From Eledone cirrhosa (taxonomy: Eukaryota), in the NCBI GenBank assembly GCA_964016885.1, contig OZ024744.1, positions 116,250,001 to 116,314,000 of the forward strand: a stretch of DNA of 64,000 nt, read 5' to 3'. The notes beneath the pieces are model-generated. The model did not search any database and was not told where the DNA came from. It saw nothing but the letters and a program-made list of their open reading frames with translations. Made by a program: the position numbers and the translations under genes. This document shows positions 8,570-23,200 of this stretch, one piece after another. The first letter of the stretch is position 1. Every line of letters starts with the position of its first letter.

Positions 8570-10655
8570 TAGTGTTTTGTTCAAGAACACAACACACAAC
8601 CCAGTCTAGCACCCCTACCACTAGGCCACCACACACCTCCACTGTAGTATACTAGAGTAATGTGAAATGAAGTGTTTTGTTCAAGAACACAACACGCAAC
8701 CCACTAACACCCTTACCACTAGGCCACCACATACCTCCACTGTAGTATACTGGTGTTATGTAAAATGAAGTGTTTTGTTCAAGAACACAACATACAACCC
8801 AGTCTAACACCTTTACCACTAGGCCACCCCATACCTCCACTGTAGTATACTGGAGTAATGTGAAATGAAGTGTTTTGTTCAAGAACACAACACACAACCC
8901 AATCTAACACCCTTTCCACTAGGCCACCACACACCTCGACTGTAGTATACTGGAGTAATGTGAAATGAAGTGTTTTGTTCAAGAACACATCACACAACCC
9001 AGTCTAACACCCTTACCACTAGGCCACCACATACCTCCACTGTAGTATACTGGAGTGATGTGCAATGTAGTGTTTTGTTCAAGAACACAACATACAACCC
9101 AGTCTAACACCGTTATCACTAGGCCACCACATACCCCCACTGTAGTATACTGGGGTAATTTGAAATGTAGTGTTTTGTTCAAGAACACACACACAACCCA
9201 ATTTAACACCCTTACCACTAGGCCACCACATACCTCCACTGTAGTATACTGGAGTAATGTGAAATGTATTTTTTTTTTCAAGAACACAACACACAACCCA
9301 GTCTAACACCCTTACCACTCGGTCACCACATACCCCCCCCCCCCTGTAGTATACTGGAGTGATGTGAAATGTAGTGTTTTGTTCAAGAACACAACACACA
9401 ACCCAGTCTAACACCCTTACCACGCAGCCACCACATACCTCCACTGTAGTATACTGGGGTAATGTGAAATGTACTGTTTTTTTCAAGAACACAACACACA
9501 ACCCAGTCTAACACCCTTACCAATGGGCAACCACATACCTCCACTGTAGTATACTGTAGTAATATGAAATGAAATGTTTTGTTCAAGAACACAACACACA
9601 AGCCAGTCTAACACCCTTACCACTAGGCCACCACATACCTCCACGGTAGTATAATGGAGTAATGTGAAATGTAGTGTTTTGTTCAAGAACACAACACACA
9701 ACCCAGTCTAACACCCTTACCACTATGCCACCACATACCTCCACTGTAGTATACTGGAGCTATGTGAAATGTAGTGTTTTGTTCAAGAACACAACACACA
9801 ACCCAGTCTAACACCCCTACCACTAGGCCACCACATACCTCCACTGTAGTATACTGGAGCAATGTGAAATGTTTTGTTCAAAAACACAACACAGAACCCA
9901 GTCTAACACCCTTACCACTAGGCCACCACATACCTCTACTGTAGTATACTGGTGTAATATGAAATTAAGTGTTTTTTTCAAGTACACAACACACAACCCG
10001 GTCTGACACCCTTACCAATAGGCCACCACATACCTCCACTGTAGTAATGTGAAATGTTGTGTTTTTTTCAAGAACACAACACACAATCCAGTATAACACC
10101 CTTACCACTAGGCCACCACATACCTCCACTGTAGGATACTGGAGCAATGTAAAATGTTTTGTTCAAGAACACAACATACAAGCCAGTCTAACACCCTTAC
10201 CAATAGGCCACCACATACCTCCACTGTAGTATACTGGTGTAATATGAAATGAAGTGTTTTTTTCAAGAACACAACACACAACCCAGTCTAACACCCTTAC
10301 CACTAGGCCACTACATACCTCCACTGTAGTATACTGGAGTAATGTGAAATGAAGTGTCTTGTTCAAGAACACAACACACAACCTAGTCTAACACCCTTAC
10401 CACTAGGCCACCACATACCTACACTGTAGTATACTGGAGTAATGTGAAATGAAGTGTCTTGTTCAAGAACACAACACACAACCTAGTCTAACACCCTTAC
10501 CACTAGGCCACCACATACCTCCACTGTAGTATACTGGAGTAAAGTGAAATGAAGTGTCTTGTTCAAGAACACAACACACAACCTAGTCTAACACCCTTAC
10601 CACTAGGCCACCACATACCTCCACTGTAGTATACTGGAGTAATGTGAAATGTAGT
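8570..10655. repeat. 100-bp satellite, block 1 (about 21 monomers)
   Basis: Tandem GTTCAAGAACACAACACACAACCCAGTCTAACACCCTTACCACTAGGCCACCACATACCTCCACTGTAGTATACTGGAGTAATGTGAAATGWAGTGTTTT. Confidence 0.98.
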
Positions 10656-11754
10656 TGTAGTAAGACGCCTCACGCTCCTTGATAGAACAACGCCGGTTGA
10701 GAACGCCAGAAAGAAAAGACAGACAGCCACTGGAAAGCCGACGGATCACACGCCAGAAACCAGCCTCTGTAGAACACCATTGTTTGTGCTACATCAAAAA
10801 ATAAATGTATATTTCATCTCTAATTTCTGCTGTTGAAATAATTATTATGTCACTCGTATCTCGATAACATCTATAACTAATACTGCTAAAGTGGTGACCG
10901 ACGTAAGAATTTAACGCAGCCCTTCTTTTTCACGTTGCCGGCCTTTTTTCGCAACTTGTGAAAATAAAAAATATTCCTTTTAAAATTATCGAAAAATTAG
11001 TAGTATTTCAAAAAACTTTTTGCTACACTCGACAACAACAACGACAGCAGCATCAGCGACAACATTGTTTAACCACTGACCAAAACAGGGAATAGTGAGT
11101 GGCAGCTTCATAGCCTTACCGACGCAAACCACCACACATCGGAAATATCAAAACGATTCATTCGTGTCGATAATTTAGAGCAACTTTTTTTTATTCACTT
11201 GAATATTTCATTTCCGTTGCCAACTTTTTCGCAACTTACAGAAGAAAAAAGAAAAAAGTGTATTTTTCCAAGGTGGCGTTGCGTTCCTTCCCCGTTTTGT
11301 AACGGACACATTTTTTGAATTGCGTATGTCTTCCATGACTGATCAAGAGAGAAGAGACTAAACTTTTTTTTGTGAACATAACTGCCCCGCATGTGGATAT
11401 ACATGCCTTACCTTTTTCTAAGGGATTTTTAGCCACTGGCTACCTTTGTTGATATCCAACGCGGATATATTTAAAAAACAACAACATTTTTTTCCTCCTC
11501 TTTTTTACCTTATTTGATTTGGCTGGTTCGTTGAGGCAACGCGAGGGGACAGACGTTGAAGGAAAATTTTATTTTAAAAGATATATATCTGTATCTTATG
11601 TATTTTTCATATTTCCTTATGTTTTGAATGTCTGTTTCTTTTTGCCCTTTAACTTTTTCTCAATATTGGCTGTTCTCTTTTTACTGTACAAGGGTACATT
11701 AATTGCTCTTTAGATATATAGGTATATATATTTGTTTTAATTTTAAAAGTTGAC

Positions 11755-12533
11755 ATGAATGTACCACATTTGCCCGCCTTTACTGGAAAACCTAAGATGT
11801 GGTTTGCCCAGTTACAGGCGTATTTTACGGTCTGTAAGACCGAATCTGACCAGCACCTCGCTGTACTGATTAGCGGCCTTCCCCCTAATCTAGCAGATTC
11901 GGTCCAAGACCTAATTACAGACCCTCCCCTCTCTGACTTGACGTATGAGTTTTTGAAGGGCGAGATTTTGAGGAGGAATTGTAAGTCGGTAGAGAGCGTT
12001 TTCGGTCACTGATCGAGGACGAACGATTAGGTGACAGGACCCCTACCGCTTTTCTCCGGCATTTGCGGGATTTGAGCGATTCCCAAGATCAGGATAGCCC
12101 TTTCCTGAAGCAATTGTTCTTCTCTCGCCTACCTCAAGAGGTACAGGCGATCCTAGCCCATATGCTAGAGGTGAATACCCTGGATCACATTGCTGTCTCT
12201 GCTGACAAAATTGTAGAGGTGACGAAGAGAGACACTTCGAAGCCAAAGTACGTTGCTTCCTCTTCTCTTCCTCAATCACGCTCATCAGCGTCTGATGGCA
12301 ATTTAATCACCACAATGGAAGCCATGACTCGTCAAATGGCGGAGTTGTGCAAGGAATTCAGGTCCTTTGGACGGCAGAGGAGCCGCTCACGACGTTATTC
12401 AACTTCTCGCCACCGTAGCCCTTCCAACACACCAGGAACACCATATTGTTATTACCACGAAAAATATGGTAAAAAAGCCGCCCGTTGTAGGCCTTCTTGT
12501 GCTTACGAGGGAAAAGACGACCAGAGTCACTAA
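11755..12533 (+). pseudogene. gag: Frameshifted gag, copy 2
   Basis: Split into ORFs 11755-12012 and 12063-12533 by a 1-nt loss (GAGAGCGTTTT versus GAGAGTCGTTTT in copy 1). Confidence 0.9.
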
Positions 12534-14218
12534 CGGCGGATAGTGCGCTCTGCGAAACATCTAACCGCCACTTTTTCATTGAGGACCTGCTGTCAGGTAG
12601 AGCTTTTCTGGTTGACACAGGTGCAGCTTGTTCCGTATGGCCTGTATGTTGTATGAAGGAGACTCCCCTGAGACGCCTATTGAGTTGCAGGCAGTAAATT
12701 GTTCGCCGATTCGAACTTTCGGACAAATCTCGTTACCTTTGCAGTTTCGTAATCTGCGGCGCGAGTTTAAATGGATATTTACTGTCGCTGCCTTGCCGTA
12801 TCCGATTCTAGGCGCGGATTTTCTCTACCATTTTTCATTGACGGTGGACCTTCGTGGTAAACGCCTAATTGATGGCATCACGGGATTAACTGTTGTTGGC
12901 AAGGCAGCAGGAGTTCCAACGGTTAGCCCGACATCTTTTCTTGCTAACACCGGTGATCCTTTCCCTGCGTTGTTGAACTCGTTCCCGCAACTGACTCGGG
13001 GAAATTTTCGATTTGATGAACCAACTCATACCACGGAGCACTTCATATCTATAACTGGTGCTCCCGCTTTTTCTCGTCCTCGTCGCTTGCCTCCGGACAA
13101 ACTCAAAGCAGCACGATCAGAGTTTGATCATATGCTGCAAATGGGGATTATTCGTCCGTCCACGAGCCCGTGGGCGTCCCCATTACACATGGTACCGAAA
13201 GCGAATGGCGATTGGAGACCTACTGGAGATTATCGACGCCTGAATCCGATAACGGTACCGGACCGTTATCCTATCCCTCATCTGCAAGACTTTGCGTCTT
13301 CGTTGCAGGGATGCAAGATATTCTCCAAACTGGATTTAATTGGTGCGTACCATCAAATTCCTGTCCATAAAAATGACATTCCAAAAACGGCTATAGTTAC
13401 GCCATTTGGGTCTTTCGAGTTTTTGACTATGCCGTTCGGATTAAGGAATGCCGCTAGTACTTTTCAGCGGTTTATGGATGAGGTTACTCGCGGCCTCGAT
13501 TTCGTCTATACCTATATTGACGATCTGCTCATTGCTAGTTCTTCTCCAGAGCAGCATACGCACCATTTGAATCTTCTTTTCCGCCGATTGAAGGCGTATA
13601 ACGTGCAGCTTAATGCACCCAAATGTGTTTTTGGTGCTGAGTCACTGACTTTCTTGGGTCACGTCATCGATGCTGACGGTATTCGACCCCAGCCTGAGCG
13701 AGTTAAGGTCATAGAGGATTTGCCTCCACCGACCTCACTACGTCAGTTACGCCAGTTCTTAGGTCTGGTTAACTTTTATAGGCGTTTCGTGCCAAATTGT
13801 GCAAAATTGCTTTTCTCCCTGACAGAAATTTTGAAAAATTGTCGGAGGAAGAACAAAGATATTTCTTTGACAGACACTCAACTTGCTGATTTTCAGCACG
13901 CCAAAACTGTTTTGGCTAATGCTTCGTTACTGACTCACCCGGTACCCGGTGCAAAGCTAATGCTTTGTGTTGATGCATCGGATATCGCTGTGGGCGCAGT
14001 ACTACAGCAAAACATCAATGGTTACCAGCAACCGCTGGAGTTTTTTTCCAAAAAGCTAAATCCTGCTGAGACGCGCTACAGCACCTTTGGAAGAGAGCTT
14101 TTAGCCATCTATTTGGCCGTGAAACATTTTTCACATGTGCTAGAGGGTAGACAATTTACTATCCTCACTGACCATAAACCATTGACTTTTGCTTTGAGAC
14201 GAGACACCTTGATTTCAT
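12509..14218 (+). pseudogene. pol: Truncated pol (PR, RT, partial RNase H), copy 2
   Basis: DTGA and YIDD motifs present; same protease frameshift as copy 1; a 31-bp deletion after [11 protein letters not shown], then truncation. Confidence 0.92.
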
Positions 14219-17200
14219 ATCAGCTAGTATACTGGAGTAATGTGAAATGAAGTGTCTTGTTTTCAAGAACACAACACACAACCCAGTCTAACACCCTTAC
14301 CACTAGGCCACCACATACCTCCACTGTAGTATACTGTAGTAATGTGAAATGAAGTGTTTTGTTCAAGAACACAACACACACCCCAGCCTAACACCCTTAC
14401 CACGAGGCCATCACATGCCTCCACTGTAGTATACTGGAGTAATGTGAGATGATGTGTCTTGTTCAAGAACACAATACACAACCCAGTCTAACACCCTACC
14501 ACTAGGCCACTCCATACCTCCACTGCAATATACTGGAGTAATGTGATATGAAGTGTTTTGTTCAAGAACACAACACACAACCCAGTCTAACACCCTTACC
14601 ACTAGGTCACATACCTCCACTGTAGTATACTGTAGTAATGTGAAATGAAGTGTCTTGCTCAAGAACACAACACACAACCCAGTCTAACACCCTTACCACT
14701 AGGTCACCACATACCTCCACTGTAGTATACTGGAGCAATGTGAAATGTTTTGTTCAAGTACACAACACACAACCCAGTCTAATAACCTTACCACTAGGCC
14801 ACCACATACCTCCACTGTAGTATACTGGAGTAATGTGAAATGTAGTGTTTTGTTCAAGAACACAACACACAACACAGTCTAACACCCTTACCACTAGGCC
14901 ACCACATACCTCCACTGTAGTATAATGTTATGTGAAATGAAGTGTCTTGTTCAAGAACACAACACACAACCCATCCTAATACCCTTACCACTAGGCCATC
15001 ACATACATCCACTGTAGTATACTGGAGTAATGTGAAATGAAGTGTTTTGTTCAAGAACACAACACACAACCCAGTCTAACTCCCTTACCACTAGGCCACA
15101 ACATACCTCCACTGTAGTATACTGGAGTAATGTGAAATGAAGTGTTTTGTTCAAGAACACAACACACAACCCAGTCTAAAACCCTTACCATTAGGCCACC
15201 CCATACCTCCACTATAGTATACTGGAGTAATGTAAATGAAGTGTCTTGTTCAAGAACACAACACACAACCCAGTCTAACTCCCTTACCACTAGGCCACCA
15301 CATACCGCCACTGTAGTATACTGGAGTAATGTGAAATGAAGTGTTTTGTTCAAGAACATAACACACAACCCAGTCTAACAACCTTACCACTAGGTCACAT
15401 ACCTCCACTGTAGTATACTGGAGTAATGTGAAATGAAGTGTCTTGTTCAAGAATACAACACACAACCCAGTCTAATAACCTTAGCACTAGGTCACCACTT
15501 ACCTCCCCTGTAGTATACTGGGGTAATGTGAAATGTAGTGTTTTGTTCAAGAACACAACACACAACCCAGTCTAACACCCTTACCACTAGGCCACCATAT
15601 ACCTCCACTGTAGTATACTGGAGCAATGTGAAATGAAGTGCCTTGTTCAAGAACACAACACACAACCCAGTCTAACACCCTTACCACTAGGCCACCACAT
15701 ACCTCCACGGTAGTATAATGGAGTAATGTGAAATGTTGTGTTTTGTTCAAGAACACAACACACAACCCAGTCTAACACCCTTACCACTAGGCCACCACAT
15801 ACCTCCACGGTAGTATAATGGAGTAATGTGAAATGTTGTGTTTTGTTCAAGAACACAACACACAACCCAGTCTAACACCCTTACCACTAGGCCACCACAT
15901 ACCTCCACTGTAGTATACTGGAGTAATGTGAAATGAAGTGTTTTGTTCAAGAACACAACACACAACCCAGTCTAGGCCACCACATACCTCCACTGTAGTA
16001 TACTGGTGTAATATGAAATGAAGTGTTTTTTTCAAGAACACAAAACAGAACCCAGTCTAACAACCTTACAAATAGGCCACCACATACCTCCACTGTAGTA
16101 TACTGGAGTAATGTGAAATGAAGTGTCTTGTTCAAGAACACAACACACTATACAGTCTAACACCCTTACCACTAGGCCACCACATACCCCGACTAGTATA
16201 CTGGAGTAATGTGAAATGTGGTGTTTTGTTCAAGAACACAACACACAACCCAGTCTAACACCCTTACCACTAGGCCACCACATACCTCCACTGTAGTATA
16301 CGGGAGTAATGAGAAATGAAGTGTTCAAGAACACAACACAGAGCTCAGTCTAACAACCTTACCACTAGGCCACCACATACCTCCACGGTAGTATAATGGA
16401 GTAATGTGAAATGTAGTGTTTTGTTCAAGAACACAACACACAACCCAGTCTAACACCCTTACCACTAGGCCACGACATACCTCCACTGTAGTATACTGGA
16501 GTAATGTGAAATGTAGTGTTTTGATCAAGAACACAACACACAACCCAGTCTAATACCTTACCACTAGGCCACCACATACCTCCACGGTAGTATACTGGAG
16601 TAATGTGAAATGAAGTGTTTTGTTCAAGAACACAATACACAACCCAGTCTAACACCCTTACCACTAGGCCACCACATACCACCACTGTAGTATACTGGAG
16701 TAATGTGAAATGTAGTGTTTTTTTCAAGAACACAACACACAATCCAGTATAACACCCTTACCAATAGGCCACCACAGACCTCCACTGTAGTATACTGGTG
16801 TAATATGAAATGAAGTGTTTAGTTCAAGAACACAACACACAAACCAGTCTAACACCCTTACTACTAGGCCACCACATAACTCCACTGTAGGATACTGGAG
16901 TAATGTGAAATGTAGTGTTTTGTTCAAGAACACAACACACAACCCAGTCTAACACCCTTACCACTATGCCACCACATACCTCCACTGTAGTATACTGGAG
17001 CTATGTAAAATGTTTTGTTCAAGAACACAACACAGAAGCCAGTCTAACACCCTTGCCAATAGGCCACCACAGACCTCCACTGTAGTATACTGGTGTAATA
17101 TGAAATGAAGTGTTTTGTTCAAGAACACAACACACAACCCAGTCTAACACCCTTACCATTAGGCCACCCCATACCTCCACTATAGTATACTGGAGTAATG

Positions 17201-17299
17201 TAAATGAAGTGTCTTGTTCAAGAACACAACACACAACCCAGTCTAACTCCCTTACCACTAGGCCACCACATACCTCCACTGTAGTATACTGGAGTAATG

Positions 17300-20200
17300 T
17301 GAAATGTAGTGTTTTGTTCAAGAACACAACACACAACCCAGTCTAACAGCCTTACTACTAGGCCACCACATACCTCCACTGTAGTATACTGGAGTAATGT
17401 GAAATGTAGTGTTTTTTTCAAGAACACAACACACAATCCAGTATAACACCCTCACCACTATGCCTTCACATACCTCCACCGTAGGATACTGGAGCAATGT
17501 AAAATGTTTTGTTCAAGAACACAACACACAAGCCAGTCTAACACCCTTACCAACAGGCCACCACAGACCTCCACTGTAGTATACTGGTGTAATATGAAAT
17601 GAAGTGTTTAGTTCAAGAACACAACACACAAACCAGTGTAACACCCTTACCACTAGGCCACCACATACCTCCACGGTAGTATAATGGAGTAATGTGAAAT
17701 GTAGTGTTTTGTTCAAGAACATAACACATAACCCAGTCTAACACCTTTACCACTAGGCCACCACATACCTCCACTGTAGTATACTGGAGTAATGTGAAAT
17801 GTAGTGTTTTGTTCAAGAACACAACACACAACCCAGTCTAACACCCTTACCACTATGCCACCACATACCTCCACTAGTATACTGGAGCTATGTGAAATGT
17901 TTTGTTCAAGAACACAACACACAAGCCAGTCTAACACCCTTACCAATAGGCCACCACAGACCTCCACTGTAGTATACTGGTGTAATATGAAATGAAGTGT
18001 TTAGTTCAAGAACACAACACACAAACCAGTCTAACACCCTTACCAATAGGCCACCACAGACCTATACTGTAGTAATGTGAAATGAAGTGTCTTGTTCAAG
18101 AATACAACACTACCCAATCTAACACCCTTACCACTAGGCCACCACATACCTCCACTGTAGTATACTGGAGTAATGTGAAATGAAGTGTTTTGTTCAAGAA
18201 CACAACACACAACCCAGTCTAACACCCTTACCATTAGGCCACCCCATACCTCCACTATAGTATACTGGAGTAATGTAAATGAAGTGTCTTGTTCAAGAAC
18301 ACAACACACAACCCAGTCTAACTCCCTTACCACTAGGCCACCACATACCGCCACTGTAGTATACTGGAGTAATGTGAAATTAAGTGTCTTGTTCAAGGAC
18401 ACAACACACAACCCAGTCTAACACCCTTACCACTAGGCCACCACATACCTCCACGGTAGTATAATGGAGTAATGTGAAATGTTGTGTTTTGTTCAAGAAC
18501 ACAACACACAACCCAGTCTAACACCCTTACCACTAGGCCACCACATACCTCCACTGTAGTATACTGGAGTAATGTGAAATGAAGTGTTTTTTTCAAGAAC
18601 ACAAAACAGAACCCAGTCTAACAACCTTACAAATAGGCCACCACATACCTCCACTGTAGTATACTGGAGTAATGTGAAATGAAGTGTCTTGTTCAAGAAC
18701 ACAACACACAACCCAGTCTAACACCCTTACCACTAGGCCACCACATACCTCCACTGTAGTATACAGTTGTAATGTGAAATGTAGTGTTTTGATCAAGAAC
18801 ACATCACACAACCCAGTCTAATACCTTACCACTAGGCCACCACATACCTCCACGGTAGTATACTGGAGTAATGTGAAATGCAGTGTTTTGTTCAAGAACA
18901 CAACACACAACCCAGTCTAACACCCTTACCACTAGGCCACCACATACCTCCACTTTAGTATACTGGAGTAATGTGAAATGAAGTGTTTTGTTCAAGAACA
19001 CAATACACAACCCAGTCTAACACCCTTACCACTAGGCCACCACATACCCCCACTGTAGTATACTGGTGTAATTTGAAATGTAGTGTTTTGTTCAAGAACA
19101 CAACACACAACCCAGTCTAACAGCCTTACTACTAGGCCACCACATACCTCCACTGTAGTATACTGGAGTAATGTGAAATGTAGTGTTTTTTTCAAGAACA
19201 CAACACACAATCCAGTATAACACCCTTACCACTATGCCTTCACATACCTCCACCGTAGGATACTGGAGCAATGTAAAATGTTTTGTTCAAGAACACAACA
19301 CACAAGCCAGTCTAACACTCTTACCAATAGGCCACCACAGACCTCCACTGTAGTATACTGGTGTAATATGAAATGAAGTGTTTAGTTCAAGAACACAACA
19401 CACAAACCAGTCTAACACCCTTACTACTAGGCCACCACATACCTCTACTGTAGGATACTGGAGTAATGTGAAATGTAGTGTTTTGTTCAAGAACACAACA
19501 CACAACCCAGTCTAACACCCTTACCACTATGCCACCACATACCTCCACTTTAGTATACTGGAGCTATGTAAAATGTTTTGTTCAAGAACACAACACAGAA
19601 GCCAGTCTAACACCCTTGCCAATAGGCCACCACAGACCTCCACTGTAGTATGCTGGTGTAATATGAAATGAAGTGTTTAGTTCAAGAACACAACACACAA
19701 ACCAGTCTAACACCCTTACCAATAGGCCACCACAGACCTCCACTGTAGTATACTGGTGTAATGTGAAATGAAGTGTTTTGTTCAAGAACACAACACACAA
19801 CCCAGTCTAACACCCTTACCATTAGGCCACCCCATACCTCCACTATAGTATACTGGAGTAATGTAAATGAAGTGTCTTGTTCAAGAACACAACACACAAC
19901 CCAGTCTAACTCCCTTACCACTAGGCCACCACATACCTCCACTGTAGTATACTGGAGTAATGTGAAATGTAGTGTTTTGTTCAAGAACACAACACACAAC
20001 CCAGTCTAACAGCCTTACTACTAGGCCACCACATACCTCCACTGTAGTATACTGGAGTAATGTGAAATGTAGTGTTTTTTTCAAGAACACAACACAATCC
20101 AATCTAACACCATTACCACTAGGCCACTACATACCTCCACTGTAGTATACTGGAGTAATATGAAATGAAGTGTTTAGTTCAAGAACACAACACACAAACC

Positions 20201-23200
20201 AGTCTAACACTCTTACCAATAGGCCACCACAGACCTATACTGTAGTAATGTGAAATGAAGTGTCTTGTTCAAGAATACAACACTACCCAATCTAACACCC
20301 TTACCACTAGGCCACCACATACCTCCACTGTAGTATACTGGAGTAATGTGAAATGAAGTGTTTTGTTCAAGAACACAACACACAACCCAGTCTAACACCC
20401 TTACCATTAGGCCACCCCATACCTCCACTATAGTATACTGGAGTAATGTAAATGAAGTGTCTTGTTCAAGAACACAACACACAACCCAGTCTAACTCCCT
20501 TACCACTAGGCCACCACATACCGCCACTGTAGTATACTGGAGTAATGTGAAATTAAGTGTCTTGTTCAAGGACTCAACACACAGCCCAGTCTAACACCCT
20601 TACCACTAGGCCACCACATACCTCCACTGTAGTATACTGGAGCAATGTGAAATGAAGTGTTTTGTTCAAGAACACAACACAATCCAATCTAACACCATTA
20701 CCACTAGGCCACTACATACCTCCACAGACCTATACTGTAGTAATGTGAAATGAAGTGTCTTGTTCAAGAATACAACACTACCCAATCTAACACCATTACC
20801 ACTAGGCCACTACATACCTCCACTGTAGTATACTGGAGTAATGTGAAATGTAGTGTTTTGTTCAAGAACACAACACACTATACAATCTAACACCCTTACC
20901 ACTAGGCCACTACATACCTCCACTGTAGTATACTGGAGTAATGTGAAATGTAGTGTTTTGTTCAAGAACACAACACACAACCCAATCTAACACCCTTACC
21001 ACTAGGCCACCACATACCTCCACTGTAGTATACTGGTGTAATATGAAATGAAGTGTTTTGTTCAAGAACACAAAACACAAGCCAGTCTAGCACCCTTACC
21101 ACTAGGCCACGACATACCTCCACTGTAGTATTCTGGAGTAATGTGAAATGTAGTGTTTTGATCAAGAACACAACACACAACCCACTCTAGCACCCTTACC
21201 ACTAGGCCACCACATACCTCCACGGTAGTATAATGGTGTAATATGAAATGAAGTGTTTAGTTCAAGAACACAACACACAATCCAGTGTAACACCCTTACC
21301 ACTATGCCACCACATACCCCCACTGTAGTTTACTGGAGCAATGTGAAATGTAGTGTTTTGTTCAAGAACACAACACACAACCCAGTCTAATACCTTACCA
21401 CTAGGCCACCACATACCTCCACGGTAGTATACTGGAGTAATGTGAAATGCAGTGTTTTGTTCAAGAACACAACACACAACCCAATCTAACACCCTTACCA
21501 CTAGGCCACCACATACCTCCACTTTAGTATACTGGAGTAATGTGAAATGAAGTGTTTTGTTCAAGAACACAATACACAACCCAGTCTAACACCCTTACCA
21601 CTAGGCCACCACATACCCCCACTGTAGTATACTGGATTAATGTGAAATGTAGTGTTTTTTTCAAGAACACAACACACAATCCAGTATAACACCCTTACCA
21701 CTATGCCTTCACATACCTCCACCGTAGGATACTGGAGCAATGTAAAATGTTTTGTTCAAGAACACAACACACAAGCCAGTCTAACACTCTTACCAATAGG
21801 CCACCACAGACCTCCACTGTAGTATACTGGTGTAATATGAAATGAAGTGTTTAGTTCAAGAACACAACACACAAACCAGTCTAACACCCTTACTACTAGG
21901 CCACCACATACCTCCACTGTAGTATACTGGAGTAATGTGAAATATAGTGTTTTGTTCAAGAACACAACACACAACCCAGTCTAACACCCTTACCACTATG
22001 CCACCACATACCTCCACTGTAGTATACTGGAGCTATGTGAAATGTTTTGTTCAAGAACACAACACACAAGCCAGTCTAACACCCTTACCAATAGGCCACC
22101 ACAGACCTCCACTGTAGTATACTGGTGTAATATGAAATGAAGTGTTTAGTTCAAGAACACAACACACAAACCAGTCTAACACCCTTACCAATAGGCCACC
22201 ACAGACCTCCACTGTAGTATACTGGTGTAATATGAAATGAAGTGTTTAGTTCAAGAACACAACACACAACTCAGTCTAACACCCTTACCACTAGGTCACA
22301 TACCTCATCTGTAGTATACTGTAGTAATGTGAAATGAAGTGTCTTGTTCAAGAATACAACACAACCCAATCTAACACCCTTACCACTAGGCCACCACATA
22401 CCTCCACTGTAGTATACTGGAGTAATGTGAAATGAAGTGTTTTGTTCAAGAACACAACACACAACCCAGTCTAACAGCCTTACTACTAGGCCACCACATA
22501 CCTCCACTGTAGTATACTGGAGTAATGTGAAATGTAGTGTTTTTTTCAAGAACACAACACACAATCCAGTATAACACCCTTACCACTATGCCTTCACATA
22601 CCTCCACCGTAGGATACTGGAGCAATGTAAAATGTTTTGTTCAAGAACACAACACACAAGCCAGTCTAACACCCTTACCAACAGGCCACCACAGACCTCC
22701 ACTGTAGTATACTGGTGTAATATGAAATGAAGTGTTTAGTTCAAGAACACAACACACAAACCAGTGTAACACCCTTACCACTAGGCCACCACATACCTCC
22801 ACGGTAGTATAATGGAGTAATGTGAAATGTAGTGATTTGTTCAAGAACATAACACATAACCCAGTCTAACACCTTTACCACTATGCCACCACATACCTCC
22901 ACTAGTATACTGGAGCTATGTGAAATGTTTTGTTCAAGAACACAATACACAAGCCAGTCTAACACCCTTACCAATAGGCCACCACAGACCTCCACTGTAG
23001 TAATGTGAAATGAAGTGTCTTGTTCAAGAATACAACACTACCCAATCTAACACCCTTACCACTAGGCCACCACATACCTCCACTGTAGTATACTGGAGTA
23101 ATGTGAAATGAAGTGTTTTGTTCAAGAACACAACACACAAACCAGTCTAACACCCTTACCAATAGGCCACCACAGACCTATACTGTAGTAATGTGAAATG

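Larger units (their letters stand above)
10656..14224 (+). mobile_element. Second, 3'-truncated copy of the same Gypsy element (5' LTR 10656-10890, gag, PR-RT and partial RNase H)
   Basis: Near-identical to 3074-6680; ends within RNase H and joins the satellite; no integrase or 3' LTR. Confidence 0.95.
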
